From: an uncultured Arcobacteraceae bacterium
Lineage (GTDB): Bacteria > Campylobacterota > Campylobacteria > Campylobacterales > Arcobacteraceae
Direction: 5' to 3'
NCBI GenBank assembly: GCA_964022095.1
Contig: CAXHZO010000005.1
Coordinates: forward strand, 52,870 to 116,869
Length of the DNA: 64,000 nt
Below the pieces are notes generated by a model that was given only the letters and a program-made list of their open reading frames with translations, ran no database searches and had not been told where the DNA came from. This document shows positions 22,193 to 32,210 of the stretch, piece by piece. Positions within the stretch are counted from its first letter, which is position 1, and each line of letters begins with the position of its first letter. Made by a program: the position numbers and the translations under genes.

Positions 22193-23488
22193 TTATTCTC
22201 CCTCATCCTTAGAAAAAATTATATTACACTCTAAACCATTATTATTCTTAAACTCTATAGTTCCATCTAGTTGATCTTCAATAATTGAGTGAATAAGTTG
22301 CATTCCAATTGAATCACTTTTATATAGCGAGTCAATGTCATCTAATCCATCTCCATTATCACGAATTTTTACGTGGATCTGTTCATCTACTTTTTTCATA
22401 TGAATACATAATAAATTATCTCTATCTTCTTTAAATGCATATTTTAAAGCATTTACACAAAGTTCATGTAGAACCATTCCTATTTGTATACATCTATTTG
22501 TAGAAAAACTCAAATTATCAATGTGTACATCTACATTTAATGTTGTGTTTTGTGAAATATATAACTCTTTTATATCATCAACAAGTCTTTTTATATAATT
22601 TTTAAGATTTATATATGCTAGGTTTTCACCTAAATATAAAAACTCATGAACTAAAGCCATAGTATGAATTCTACTTCTACTTTGTTGTAAGATATAAATC
22701 ATATCTTTATCTTTTGTTCGTCGCTCTTGCATATTTAGTAGTGATGATATTATTTCCATATTGTTTTTTACTCTATGATGAATCTCTTTTAGTAATATGT
22801 CTTTTTCTTCAACTGACTTTTGTAATTCTTGATTCATTTTAGTGATTTTTGTTCTGTATTCTTGTCTTTGTGTCATATCTCTTGAAAAAGCACAAATATA
22901 TTCATTTCCATTATGTGTAAAACCATGACCTGAAACTTCCACAGGAAAAATTGTTCCATCCTTTCTAATTTGTGTAGTTTCTAATCTCCAATTTTTATGA
23001 TGGTAGATATTGTACATACACTCTTTTGCAGTCTCCCTATCAAAATTTGGGTCCATATCTTCTAAATACATATGATTTAAAAACTCATCTTTACTTCTTC
23101 CTATCATCTTACAAGCAGCTTCATTTACATAAATGAATTTTGCATCTAATGTAAACCAGTATATAGCATCAATAGAGTTGTTCAATGCAAACTCATAAGG
23201 AACAAGCCTTTCTTTATCTTTATCTTTTAACTCTTTGTATGAACCCTCAATTCTTGAAACAACTTTTTGCATATGATTTAACATGATAAATAAAATTATT
23301 CCAGTTACTATTAAAAATATAATTCCAAAAGTGAAAGGCCCTTCTTGGCTTAGTGAATGATACTTTGAAAACTCACTTACAAGTCTATCAATAAACAAAA
23401 TACCAACAGCTCCTATTAGTATATATGTTAATGAAAACTTTGTTGGTATGGATTTATTATTTAAAATATAGTTCTTAACTCTTCCCAT
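22193..23488 (-). CDS. membrane PAS-domain sensor histidine kinase, HisKA_2 type
   Basis: Two TM helices, PAS/PAC (RKDGTIFPVEV), EIHHRVKNN H-box, ELCVNALKYAF N-box, DNGDG; probable ATG at 23488. Confidence 0.88.
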   Translation of the reverse strand: MGRVKNYILNNKSIPTKFSLTYILIGAVGILFIDRLVSEFSKYHSLSQEGPFTFGIIFLIVTGIILFIMLNHMQKVVSRIEGSYKELKDKDKERLVPYEFALNNSIDAIYWFTLDAKFIYVNEAACKMIGRSKDEFLNHMYLEDMDPNFDRETAKECMYNIYHHKNWRLETTQIRKDGTIFPVEVSGHGFTHNGNEYICAFSRDMTQRQEYRTKITKMNQELQKSVEEKDILLKEIHHRVKNNMEIISSLLNMQERRTKDKDMIYILQQSRSRIHTMALVHEFLYLGENLAYINLKNYIKRLVDDIKELYISQNTTLNVDVHIDNLSFSTNRCIQIGMVLHELCVNALKYAFKEDRDNLLCIHMKKVDEQIHVKIRDNGDGLDDIDSLYKSDSIGMQLIHSIIEDQLDGTIEFKNNNGLECNIIFSKDEGE

Positions 23489-23549
23489 TTTACTGCTCTT
23501 ATTATAGATTTGAAAAATTATATCATAAATAAAAATATTCACTAATAAC

Positions 23550-23582
23550 TGCGATAATTTTGCGATTTTTTTCCATTAAGAT
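23550..23582 (+). promoter_or_regulatory. TGCGAT tandem box plus -10 element, promoter of dmpK-P
   Basis: TGCGAT-AATTT-TGCGAT-N10-TAAGAT. Confidence 0.78.
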
Positions 23583-23624
23583 TCAAATTGAATTAAAAAT
23601 TCATAATTGAAAAAGGTAGGTGTT

Positions 23625-23873
23625 ATGGCTAATGAATCACCGTTTGAAAGAAAATATGTACATATTACTGATGTTAAATCAAACGATTTAGTTGAGTTTG
23701 ATTTCTCTATAGGTGATCCATGTATGTATGTTGAACTTGCATTGCCGAAAAAGCAATTTGATGAGTTTTGTAAAAGAAATGCAGTTAAGCATTTAACAAG
23801 AGATCAAGAAATTGATGTGGAAAACGACAAGCATAAGTGGCAGTATGGTGTTGTTGGAACACTAAGTAAATAA
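23625..23873 (+). CDS. dmpK: phenol hydroxylase assembly subunit P0
   Basis: VEFDFSIGDPCMYVELALP...FDEFC; ATG at 23625 after AAGGTAGG. Confidence 0.9.
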   Translation: MANESPFERKYVHITDVKSNDLVEFDFSIGDPCMYVELALPKKQFDEFCKRNAVKHLTRDQEIDVENDKHKWQYGVVGTLSK

Positions 23874-23886
23874 AGGAGTTGAAAAT

Positions 23887-24882
23887 ATGTCTTTAGATAT
23901 AAAAAGTATAGATATTAAGCCAAAAAGAGAAACTTTTGGACACGTGGAAAGAAGAATTGGTGAAGGTAAGATGGCTTCAAGATATGAAGAGGCAACATTT
24001 GATATTCAGCCAGTTGCAAACTTTCATTATAGACCTTATGCAAATCCAGAGTTTGAGTTATATGATCAAAATAAAACTAGCATTAAAATGGAAGACTGGT
24101 ATAAGTTTTTAGACCCAAGACAATACCACTATGCTTCATATGTAACAGCAAGAGCAAAACAACAAGAAGTTGCAGAACAAAACTTTGTTTTTGTAGAAAA
24201 AAGAAATATGTTAGATGTAATGCCAGGAGATATAAAACAAGAAATCTTGAATTATGTTTTACCACTTAGACACTATGAGTGGGGAGCAAATATGAATAAC
24301 CTTCAATTATGTTCAGAAGGATATGGTGCAGCTATTACAAATGCTTATATGTTCCATGCAGAAGATAGATTAGGTAATGCTCAATATCTTACAAGAATTG
24401 GATTATTACTTAGTGAAAATGAACCTGCTGTTTTAGATAATGCAAAAGATAAATGGTTAAATGATGAAGCATGGCAGCCACTTAGAAAAGCAATGGAAGA
24501 TAGCTTTGTTTTACAAGATTGGTTTGAGCTTCATATAGCGCAAAATGTGATTTTCGATGGTTTTATTCATCCTTTAGTATTTGATAAGTACGAGCAAGAA
24601 CTAAACCAAAGAGGTGGAACTGCTCAAACTATGATGACAGAGTTTATCACATCTTGGAATGATGAATCTGCTAGATGGATTGATATGACAGTTAAAGTAG
24701 CAGCTTTAGAACGTGATGAAAATAAAGAGTTATTAAATCAATGGTGTAAAAAGTATATTGATATTGCAAGTAATGCAGCCCTAGCAATTGCTAAAAATAT
24801 AGTTAATAATCCAGAAGAAACAGTTAATAACATACAAGAGCAATTAGTGGCAAGATTAAATAAAAATGGTTTAAACCTATAG
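23887..24882 (+). CDS. dmpL: phenol hydroxylase beta subunit P1
   Basis: ASRYEEATFDIQP-NFHYRP, DPRQYHY and EWGANMNN motifs. Confidence 0.93.
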   Translation: MSLDIKSIDIKPKRETFGHVERRIGEGKMASRYEEATFDIQPVANFHYRPYANPEFELYDQNKTSIKMEDWYKFLDPRQYHYASYVTARAKQQEVAEQNFVFVEKRNMLDVMPGDIKQEILNYVLPLRHYEWGANMNNLQLCSEGYGAAITNAYMFHAEDRLGNAQYLTRIGLLLSENEPAVLDNAKDKWLNDEAWQPLRKAMEDSFVLQDWFELHIAQNVIFDGFIHPLVFDKYEQELNQRGGTAQTMMTEFITSWNDESARWIDMTVKVAALERDENKELLNQWCKKYIDIASNAALAIAKNIVNNPEETVNNIQEQLVARLNKNGLNL

Positions 24883-24890
24883 GAGAAAGA

Positions 24891-25160
24891 ATGTCAAAGG
24901 TATTTTTAGCACTTCAAGCAGTAGATGAAACAAGAGCTATTATTGAAGCTATACAAGAAGATAATGAAAATGTTGAGGTTGAACCACAGCCTGCCATGGT
25001 AAAAATCTCAGCTGAGAAAAAAATGGTAATAAATGCTCAAACTGTATCTGACAAATTAGGTAGAGATTGGGATCCACAAGAGTTACAGTTAGTTTTAATT
25101 TCACTAGCTGGAAATGTTGATGAAGATTATGACCACTTTACAATTTATTGGGAAAATTAG
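24891..25160 (+). CDS. dmpM: phenol hydroxylase regulatory protein P2 (MmoB/DmpM)
   Basis: 89 aa with IIEAI...PAMVKI...LISLAGNVDE. Confidence 0.92.
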   Translation: MSKVFLALQAVDETRAIIEAIQEDNENVEVEPQPAMVKISAEKKMVINAQTVSDKLGRDWDPQELQLVLISLAGNVDEDYDHFTIYWEN

Positions 25161-25171
25161 GAGAAAATATT

Positions 25172-26692
25172 ATGACTATGAGTACACAAAAAAGAAAAAA
25201 ACGTCTAAATATGAAAGACAAATATAAGTATATGACAAGACTTGGTTGGGAAACTACATATCAAGATATGGATGATGTTTTCCCTGAAGATAAATTTGAG
25301 GGTATAAAAATTCATGATTGGGAAGCTTGGGAAGATCCATTTAGAATGACAATGGATGCTTATTGGAAATACCAAGGTGAAAAAGATAAGAAACTATATG
25401 CAATTATTGATGCTTTTGCTCAAAATAATGGACAAAAAAATATTTCAGATGCAAGATATGTATCCGCATTAAAACTGTTTTTAACAGGTGTTTCACCTTT
25501 AGAATATCAAGCACATAGAGGTTTTGCAAATATTGCAAGAGCTTTTAGAGGTGATGGTCCAAGAGTTGCATGTCAAATGCAAGCTATTGATGAGTTAAGA
25601 CATGTTCAAACACAAATTCATACTTTAAGCCATTATAACAAATACTTTAATGGTTTTTCAGAGTGGGCACATTGGCATGATAATGTATGGTACTTATCTG
25701 TTCCTAAATCATTCTTTGATGATGCAAGAGCAGCAGGTCCTTTTGAGTTTATTATTGCTATTGGATTCTCATTTGAGTATGTATTAACTAATCTATTATT
25801 TGTACCGTTTATGAGTGGTGCAGCTTATAATGGAGATATGGCAACAGTTACATTTGGATTCTCAGCTCAAAGTGATGAGGCAAGACATATGACTTTAGGT
25901 TTACAAGCTATCAAGTTCTTATTAGAGCAAGACCCTGCAAATGTTCCTATTGTTCAAAAGTGGATTGATAAGTGGACTTGGAGAGGTTATAAAGTTTTAG
26001 GACTAGTATCTGCAATGATGGATTATATGTTACCTGATTCACCACAGTCTTGGAAAGAAGCTTGGGAATTATATTTTGAGCAAAATACAGTTGCACTATT
26101 TAAAGATTTAGAAAGATATGGAATTACAGTTCCAGATTGTGCAGCAACAATAAAAGCTGAAAAAGAGCATATTTCTCATCAAGTTTGGATGACACTATAT
26201 ACTCATAATGCAGCAGCACCTTTCCATACGTGGATTCCAGATGAGAAAAAAATGGATTGGTTAAGCGAAAAGTATCCTGAAACTTTCGATAAATATTACA
26301 GACCAGTTTATGAACACTGGAATAAGTTAGAAAAAGAAGGTACGAGATACTACTCTGAAATGCTTCCTCAGTTATGTCAAACTTGTCAGTTACCAATGTT
26401 AGCAACAGAAGTTGAAAAAGGTGAACCAACTCAAATTGCACATAGACATACTATGTACAATAATGAGAGATTCCATTTCTGTTCAGATCATTGTCAAGAT
26501 ATTTTTGAAAATGAACCTGAAAAGTATATTCAATCTTGGTTACCAGTTCATCAAATCTTCCAAGGAAACTGTGGAGGTGCTACACTTCCAGAAGTACTTA
26601 AATGGTATAAGGTTGAATTTGGACAAGATAATCTTGATTATGTAGGTTCTCAGGATCAAAAAATGTGGAAAGAATGGAAGGGAGAAGCATAA
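25172..26692 (+). CDS. dmpN: phenol hydroxylase alpha (di-iron) subunit P3 with YHS domain
   Basis: Two DExRH motifs (IDELRH, SDEARH), WEDPFR, CQTCQ and FCSDHC; ATG at 25172 after AGGAG. Confidence 0.96.
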   Translation: MTMSTQKRKKRLNMKDKYKYMTRLGWETTYQDMDDVFPEDKFEGIKIHDWEAWEDPFRMTMDAYWKYQGEKDKKLYAIIDAFAQNNGQKNISDARYVSALKLFLTGVSPLEYQAHRGFANIARAFRGDGPRVACQMQAIDELRHVQTQIHTLSHYNKYFNGFSEWAHWHDNVWYLSVPKSFFDDARAAGPFEFIIAIGFSFEYVLTNLLFVPFMSGAAYNGDMATVTFGFSAQSDEARHMTLGLQAIKFLLEQDPANVPIVQKWIDKWTWRGYKVLGLVSAMMDYMLPDSPQSWKEAWELYFEQNTVALFKDLERYGITVPDCAATIKAEKEHISHQVWMTLYTHNAAAPFHTWIPDEKKMDWLSEKYPETFDKYYRPVYEHWNKLEKEGTRYYSEMLPQLCQTCQLPMLATEVEKGEPTQIAHRHTMYNNERFHFCSDHCQDIFENEPEKYIQSWLPVHQIFQGNCGGATLPEVLKWYKVEFGQDNLDYVGSQDQKMWKEWKGEA

Positions 26693-27054
26693 TGGCAATT
26701 GTAAGTAAAGGTGAATATCCAGTAATTATGATGGATAGTGTAGATAAGTTTCATGGTAACCAATTAGTATATGTAGGTTGGGATAAACATAAGTTAATCA
26801 ATTCAGCGATGGCTTTTCCTTTACCACCACAAATGCCTTTTAAGGCATTAGTGCATGAAGTAATGCCAGGTTGTTATAAAGATCATCCAGATTTTGAAAA
26901 AGTTGTATGGGATGATTCTGTTATTTGGAGATTAAACGGTGAAGAGTTTACTCCTGATTTTGAAAAATCTCTTGAAGATAATGGAATTGATCATAAGTCA
27001 TTAGTTAGATTTGAAACACCAAATCTAACAGGAATTAACGGAGTAGGAATGTGA
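26692..27054 (+). CDS. dmpO: phenol hydroxylase gamma subunit P4
   Basis: YVGWDKH...HPDF...GIDHKSLVRFETP; ATG overlaps the dmpN stop. Confidence 0.9.
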   Translation: MAIVSKGEYPVIMMDSVDKFHGNQLVYVGWDKHKLINSAMAFPLPPQMPFKALVHEVMPGCYKDHPDFEKVVWDDSVIWRLNGEEFTPDFEKSLEDNGIDHKSLVRFETPNLTGINGVGM

Positions 27055-28109
27055 GTTATCAAGTAGAAATAGAACCAACAGGAGATGTAGTAGAAGTTCA
27101 AGATGGTCAAACTATTCTTGATGCTGCATTAAGACAGGGGGTATATATTCCCCATGCGTGCTCTCATGGTTTATGTGGTACTTGTAAGGTAGAGATATTA
27201 GAAGGTGAAGTTGACTATGGTGCAGCTTCTCCTTTTGCCCTTATGGATATGGAAAAAGATGAGGGAAAATGTCTTGCTTGTACTGCTACACCAATGGAAG
27301 ATTGTGCTATAGAAGCTGATGTTGATGAAGATCCAGATGCTAAATCAATACCTGTAAAAGATTTTATGGGAACAGTTGTTGAGGTGAAGGATTTAACACC
27401 TAGAATAAAAGGTATTTTTATAGAATTAGATGAAGAGATTGAGTTTCAAGCAGGTCAATATGTACAATATCATGTACCAGGATTTGAAGAACCAAGAGCA
27501 TTTTCTTTATGTAACTCTTCAAATGATAAAAAAATTGTAGAGTTAAATATTTCTTTAGTTCCAGATGGAGAAGCAACTCCATGGATTCATAAAAATGTAA
27601 AAGTTGGTGCAAGAAGAAAAGTATCAGGACCTTATGGAAGATTTTTTGTAAGAGAATCTGCTCAAAAACCTATGATTTTCTTTGCAGGTGGTTCAGGTCT
27701 TTCAAGTCCAAAATCTATGATTTTAGAGCAGCTTGAAAATGGAAGTAAACAAGAAATAACACTTTTTCATGGTGCTAGAAATGAAGAAGAGTTATATTAT
27801 GCAGATTTATTTAGAGACTTAGAGCAAAAGCATGAGAACTTTACATATGTACCTGTTTTATCCGATGAAGATACTCCTTCTTGGGAAGGGAAAAAAGGTT
27901 TTGTAAATGATGCTGCAAAAGAAGTTTTTGAAAATGACTTCTCTGGAAAAAAAGCATATCTTTGTGGACCTCCACCTATGATAGATGCTTGTATTACAAC
28001 ATTAATGAGAGGAAGACTTTACGAAAAAGATATTTATACTGAAAAGTTCTTCTCAAAAGCTGACTTAAATGCTGAAAATCAGCGTTCCCCTTTATTTAAA
28101 TCAATTTAA
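27051..28109 (+). CDS. dmpP: phenol hydroxylase reductase P5 (2Fe-2S/FAD/NAD)
   Basis: CSHGLCGTC, RAFS, GPYG, AGGSG and YLCGPPPM motifs. Confidence 0.95.
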   Translation: MSYQVEIEPTGDVVEVQDGQTILDAALRQGVYIPHACSHGLCGTCKVEILEGEVDYGAASPFALMDMEKDEGKCLACTATPMEDCAIEADVDEDPDAKSIPVKDFMGTVVEVKDLTPRIKGIFIELDEEIEFQAGQYVQYHVPGFEEPRAFSLCNSSNDKKIVELNISLVPDGEATPWIHKNVKVGARRKVSGPYGRFFVRESAQKPMIFFAGGSGLSSPKSMILEQLENGSKQEITLFHGARNEEELYYADLFRDLEQKHENFTYVPVLSDEDTPSWEGKKGFVNDAAKEVFENDFSGKKAYLCGPPPMIDACITTLMRGRLYEKDIYTEKFFSKADLNAENQRSPLFKSI

Positions 28110-28129
28110 AATTTTTAAAAAGTAGTTTT

Positions 28130-28162
28130 TGCGATTTTTCTGCGAAACTATTTCTGTAAAGT
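28130..28162 (+). promoter_or_regulatory. TGCGAT tandem box plus -10 element, promoter of the meta-pathway genes
   Basis: TGCGAT-TTTTC-TGCGAA-N10-TAAAGT. Confidence 0.72.
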
Positions 28163-28207
28163 TAAAAAGTCAAAAAGCTATGACTTTTAAATAAAAAAGG
28201 GGATGTT

Positions 28208-28528
28208 TTGAAATATGAAATCTTCGTAAAAGATAAAGACAAAACTAAAACTTGTCTTGAATCTAAACATCTTATGGATGGTTTATATGTATATGATAAT
28301 CTAGTTCCAAAGGGTTGTCATAATGGTGCCTGTGGACTTTGTAAGGTTAAAGTTCATAGAGGAGACTACAAAAAATGCAAAATGAATAGAAAACACATCT
28401 CATGTGAAGAAGAGAGTGCAGATATTCTTTTAGCTTGTAAGACATTTCCTAGAAGTGATATGGAAATAGAATTTATACGTAGAGACTTATCTAAAGAAAA
28501 ATCCCAAGTTTATGTACTTGGTAATTAA
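28208..28528 (+). CDS. dmpQ: XylT/DmpQ-type plant-like ferredoxin
   Basis: GCHNGACGLCKV...MNRKHIS...LAC; directly before the C23O gene. Confidence 0.88.
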   Translation: MKYEIFVKDKDKTKTCLESKHLMDGLYVYDNLVPKGCHNGACGLCKVKVHRGDYKKCKMNRKHISCEEESADILLACKTFPRSDMEIEFIRRDLSKEKSQVYVLGN

Positions 28529-28545
28529 ATAATTAGGAGAAAGTA

Positions 28546-29493
28546 ATGAGCAGTATTATGAGATTAGGTCATGTTGATATTAATGTATTAGATATTAATG
28601 AATCAAGAGACTATTATGAAAATATTATGGGTATGGAAGTTACAAGAGAAGACTCTGATGGAACACTTTATTTAAAGTGCTGGGATGAATGGGATAAATA
28701 CAGTCTTATTTTAAGACCTAGTGAAGAAGCAACATATAATAAGGTTGCGTATAAAGTAGAAAAAGATTCTGATATAGATGATTTTAAAGAAAAAATCGAA
28801 AAATATGGAATAAAAACAGAGATTTTAGAAGCTGGAACTATTCCTGAATGTGGAAGGGTATTAAAGTTTATATCTCCAAGTGAGCATGAATTTAATTTAT
28901 ATGCTGAAAAAACATTTGTAGGTAAAAAAGTAGGTCACACTAATCCTGCACCTTGGCCAATTGATGGAAAAGGTATCAAAGCTCACTGGATTGATCATAT
29001 TTTATTAATGACTCAAGGTCCTGAAAAATTAATGGAAGCTACTAAGTTCTTTGAAGAAGTATTTGATATGAAATTAGCAGAGCAAGTTTGTGTAGGACCT
29101 GAGGGCTCAGTTCAGGCTGCAACATGGTTAAGTGCTGGAAACACTCCTCATGATTTAGCTTTTGTTGCTGGAGCAGAAACTGGTATGCATCATTTTGCAT
29201 TTTTCTTAGATGGTTGGAATGATATTTTAAGATCAGCAGATGTTATGGCTATGAATAATGTTAAGTTAGATGTTACTCCTCAAAGACATGGTATTACAAG
29301 AGGTGAGACTATTTATTTCTTTGACCCATCAGGACATAGACTTGAGACATTTGCAGGTCTAGGTTATGCAGTTTGTAAAGATATGCCAACAGTTACTTGG
29401 ACAGAAGATGAACTATGGAGAGGTATTTTCTATCATACAGGTCAAGAAAATGGTGCATTTACAACTGCATATACATTATCAGCTTATAAATAA
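28546..29493 (+). CDS. dmpB: catechol 2,3-dioxygenase
   Basis: RLGHV, WDEWDKYS, HHFAF and RHGITRGETIYFFDPSGHRLE motifs. Confidence 0.96.
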   Translation: MSSIMRLGHVDINVLDINESRDYYENIMGMEVTREDSDGTLYLKCWDEWDKYSLILRPSEEATYNKVAYKVEKDSDIDDFKEKIEKYGIKTEILEAGTIPECGRVLKFISPSEHEFNLYAEKTFVGKKVGHTNPAPWPIDGKGIKAHWIDHILLMTQGPEKLMEATKFFEEVFDMKLAEQVCVGPEGSVQAATWLSAGNTPHDLAFVAGAETGMHHFAFFLDGWNDILRSADVMAMNNVKLDVTPQRHGITRGETIYFFDPSGHRLETFAGLGYAVCKDMPTVTWTEDELWRGIFYHTGQENGAFTTAYTLSAYK

Positions 29494-29515
29494 AAGAAAA
29501 ATTTAGGAATTTAAA

Positions 29516-29944
29516 ATGTTGACAAAAACATCAAGAGATTTGACAAGTCAAACAGCTTTAAAGCTTTGTGAGTTATCAATTGAAAAGGCTAATGAATTAA
29601 ATATAAAAATAAATGTAAGTGTTACAGATTCAAAAGGGATTGAACTTGCATTTATAAGAATGGATGATTCTTTTATTCATTCAAGTCAAATAGCAAAAGA
29701 TAAGGCTTATACAAGTGCAAGTTTTGGTTTTAACTCAGATATATGGACTCAAGTTTTCAAAAGTGAACCTCATTTAGAACAAGGTTTTTCTAATAGAGAT
29801 AGATTAATACCTTTTGGTGGAGGGCTTACTATTTTTGAAAATGAAGAAAAAGTTGGAGCCATTGGTGTTTCAGGCGGAACTGAACAAGAAGATATTATTT
29901 GCGCGAAGTATGCAATAGAAAGGATAGGATTAAATAATGAATAA
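29516..29944 (+). CDS. GlcG/HbpS-family heme-binding protein (NahX-like accessory)
   Basis: RMDD...KAYTSASFG...FGGG...GAIGVSGG motifs. Confidence 0.85.
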   Translation: MLTKTSRDLTSQTALKLCELSIEKANELNIKINVSVTDSKGIELAFIRMDDSFIHSSQIAKDKAYTSASFGFNSDIWTQVFKSEPHLEQGFSNRDRLIPFGGGLTIFENEEKVGAIGVSGGTEQEDIICAKYAIERIGLNNE

Positions 29945-31394
29945 AGTACAACACTATATTAACGGACAATTTTTAGATTCATCTTGTGGGGAGTTTTTTG
30001 AGAATATCAACCCTATGAATGGTCAAGTATTATCTCAAGTAGCCCTAGGACGAGAAGATGAAGTGAATGCAGCAGTTGCAGCAGCTAAAGCAGCTCTTAC
30101 TGGTGAATGGGGTCAAATGAAATTAAATGACAGAATTGCAATGATGTATGAAATTGCTGAGGAAATTGATAGAAGATTTGATGATTTCTTAGAAGCTGAA
30201 TGTTTAGATACAGGTAAACCTTATTCTATTGCAAGACATATTGATATCCCAAGAGGTGCTGCAAATTTTAAAGTATTTGCAGACACTATGAAATCTGTTG
30301 CAGATGAAGCTTATAGAATGGATACACCTGATGGAAAAGTAGCTATGAATTATTCTATGAGAAAACCTAAGGGGGTTATTGGTGTAATTTCTCCATGGAA
30401 TTTACCATTACTTTTAATGACTTGGAAAGTTGGTCCTGCAATGGCTTGTGGAAATACAGTAGTTGTGAAACCATCACAAGTTACACCAACAACAACATCT
30501 TTACTTGGTGAAGTAATGTCAAAAGTTGGTGTTCCTTCTGGTGCATATAATGTAGTACAAGGAAAAGGTTCAATTACTGGAAATTTATTAACAGCTCATA
30601 AAGATGTAGATGCTTTAACTTTTACAGGTGAGACAAAAACAGGTGAGATGATTATGAAAGCTTGTTCTCATGGTGTTAGAGATGTATCCTTAGAGCTTGG
30701 TGGAAAAAACCCAGCTATTGTTTTTGCTGATTGTGATATGGATAAGGCAATTGCTGAGACTACAAGATCGTGTTTTGCTAACTCTGGTCAAGTTTGTTTA
30801 GGAACTGAAAGAGTTTATGTTCAAAGAGAAATTTTTGATGAATTTGTATCAAAACTAAAAGAGTCAGCTTTAAAACTAAAACTTGGAATTCATAATGATG
30901 AATCAGTTGATATGGGGCCAGTAGTTAGTGCTGCTCATAGAGATAAAGTATTAGAGTTTTATGACATAGCTAAAAAAGAGGGTGCAAATGTAATTTTAGG
31001 TGGAGGTGCTCCTAAAATGGAAGGTGATTTAGCAAATGGATTCTTTGTTGAACCTACTATTTGGACTGGTCTTCCTGAAGATGCAACAGTTGTAAAACAA
31101 GAAGTATTTGGACCTTGTTGTCATATTGCACCTTTTGATAGTGAAGAAGAAGTTATTAAAATGGCTAATGATACAGATTATGGACTAGCATCTACAATAT
31201 TTACAGAAAATTTAGATAAGGCTCATAGAGTAGCTTCACAAATTGACTCAGGAATTGTATGGATTAATTCATGGTTCTTAAGAGATTTAAGAACACCATT
31301 TGGTGGAATGAAAGGTTCTGGTATCGGAAGAGAGGGTGGTCACCACTCATTAGAGTTCTATACTGAACTTAAAAACGTATGTATAAAAATGTAA
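29937..31394 (+). CDS. dmpC: 2-hydroxymuconic semialdehyde dehydrogenase
   Basis: PWNLPLLL, LELGGKN, NSGQVCL and WFLRDLRTPFGG motifs. Confidence 0.95.
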   Translation: MNKVQHYINGQFLDSSCGEFFENINPMNGQVLSQVALGREDEVNAAVAAAKAALTGEWGQMKLNDRIAMMYEIAEEIDRRFDDFLEAECLDTGKPYSIARHIDIPRGAANFKVFADTMKSVADEAYRMDTPDGKVAMNYSMRKPKGVIGVISPWNLPLLLMTWKVGPAMACGNTVVVKPSQVTPTTTSLLGEVMSKVGVPSGAYNVVQGKGSITGNLLTAHKDVDALTFTGETKTGEMIMKACSHGVRDVSLELGGKNPAIVFADCDMDKAIAETTRSCFANSGQVCLGTERVYVQREIFDEFVSKLKESALKLKLGIHNDESVDMGPVVSAAHRDKVLEFYDIAKKEGANVILGGGAPKMEGDLANGFFVEPTIWTGLPEDATVVKQEVFGPCCHIAPFDSEEEVIKMANDTDYGLASTIFTENLDKAHRVASQIDSGIVWINSWFLRDLRTPFGGMKGSGIGREGGHHSLEFYTELKNVCIKM

Positions 31395-31403
31395 GGGTGT
31401 AAT

Positions 31404-32198
31404 ATGTCAATGACTCAAGAAAAAATTGAAAAGTATGGAAATGAATTGTATGAGGCTTTAAAAGGAAACTATACAATTGAGCCTATTTCAAATAGAGAAC
31501 CTGATTCTACAATTGAAGATGCTTATGCTATTCAACATCACTTTTTAAAAAGAAGAATGGAAGATGATGGAAGTAAAATTATTGGTAAAAAAATTGGTGT
31601 TACATCAAAGGTTGTTATGGACATGTTAGGTGTTCATCAACCTGATTTTGGTTACCTTTTATCAGATATGATTTACTCTGATGGTGATGTAATAAATGTA
31701 ACAAGTGGAATGATTCAGCCAAAAGCAGAGGGTGAAATAGCCTTTGTTTTAAAAGAAGATTTATGTGGACCAGGAGTTACAGCTGCTGATGTTATTAAAG
31801 CAACAAAATTTGTAATGCCTTGTTTTGAAATAGTTGATTCAAGAATCAAAGATTGGAAAATTAAAATCCAAGATACAGTTGCTGATAACGCTTCATGTGG
31901 ATATATGGTATTTGGAGGACAAAGTGTATCTCCTTTAGATGTTGATTTAACAACTTGTGGAATAACTTTAGAGAGAAATGGTGAGTTATTACATACAGGA
32001 GCAGGTGCAGCAGCTCTTGGTAGTCCTGTAAATGCAGTAGTTTGGCTTGCAAATAAACTTGGAGAGTTTGGTGTATCGCTAAAAGCAGGTGAGGTTATTT
32101 TATCAGGGGCTTTATGTGCAATGGTAGATATAAAACCAGGTGATAATATGACTGCAAGTATTGGTGGCGTTGGTTCTGCCTCAATCAGATTTGAATAA
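31404..32198 (+). CDS. dmpE: 2-oxopent-4-enoate hydratase
   Basis: GKKIGVTSK...QPDFG and WKIKIQDTVADNAS motifs. Confidence 0.92.
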   Translation: MSMTQEKIEKYGNELYEALKGNYTIEPISNREPDSTIEDAYAIQHHFLKRRMEDDGSKIIGKKIGVTSKVVMDMLGVHQPDFGYLLSDMIYSDGDVINVTSGMIQPKAEGEIAFVLKEDLCGPGVTAADVIKATKFVMPCFEIVDSRIKDWKIKIQDTVADNASCGYMVFGGQSVSPLDVDLTTCGITLERNGELLHTGAGAAALGSPVNAVVWLANKLGEFGVSLKAGEVILSGALCAMVDIKPGDNMTASIGGVGSASIRFE

Positions 32199-32210
32199 AA
32201 GGTAAATACA

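Noticed and set aside
23489-23542. N-terminal extension of the kinase given in the ORF track
   Set aside because: It starts at a GTG next to the dmpK operator within the divergent promoter region; ATG at 23488 is more plausible
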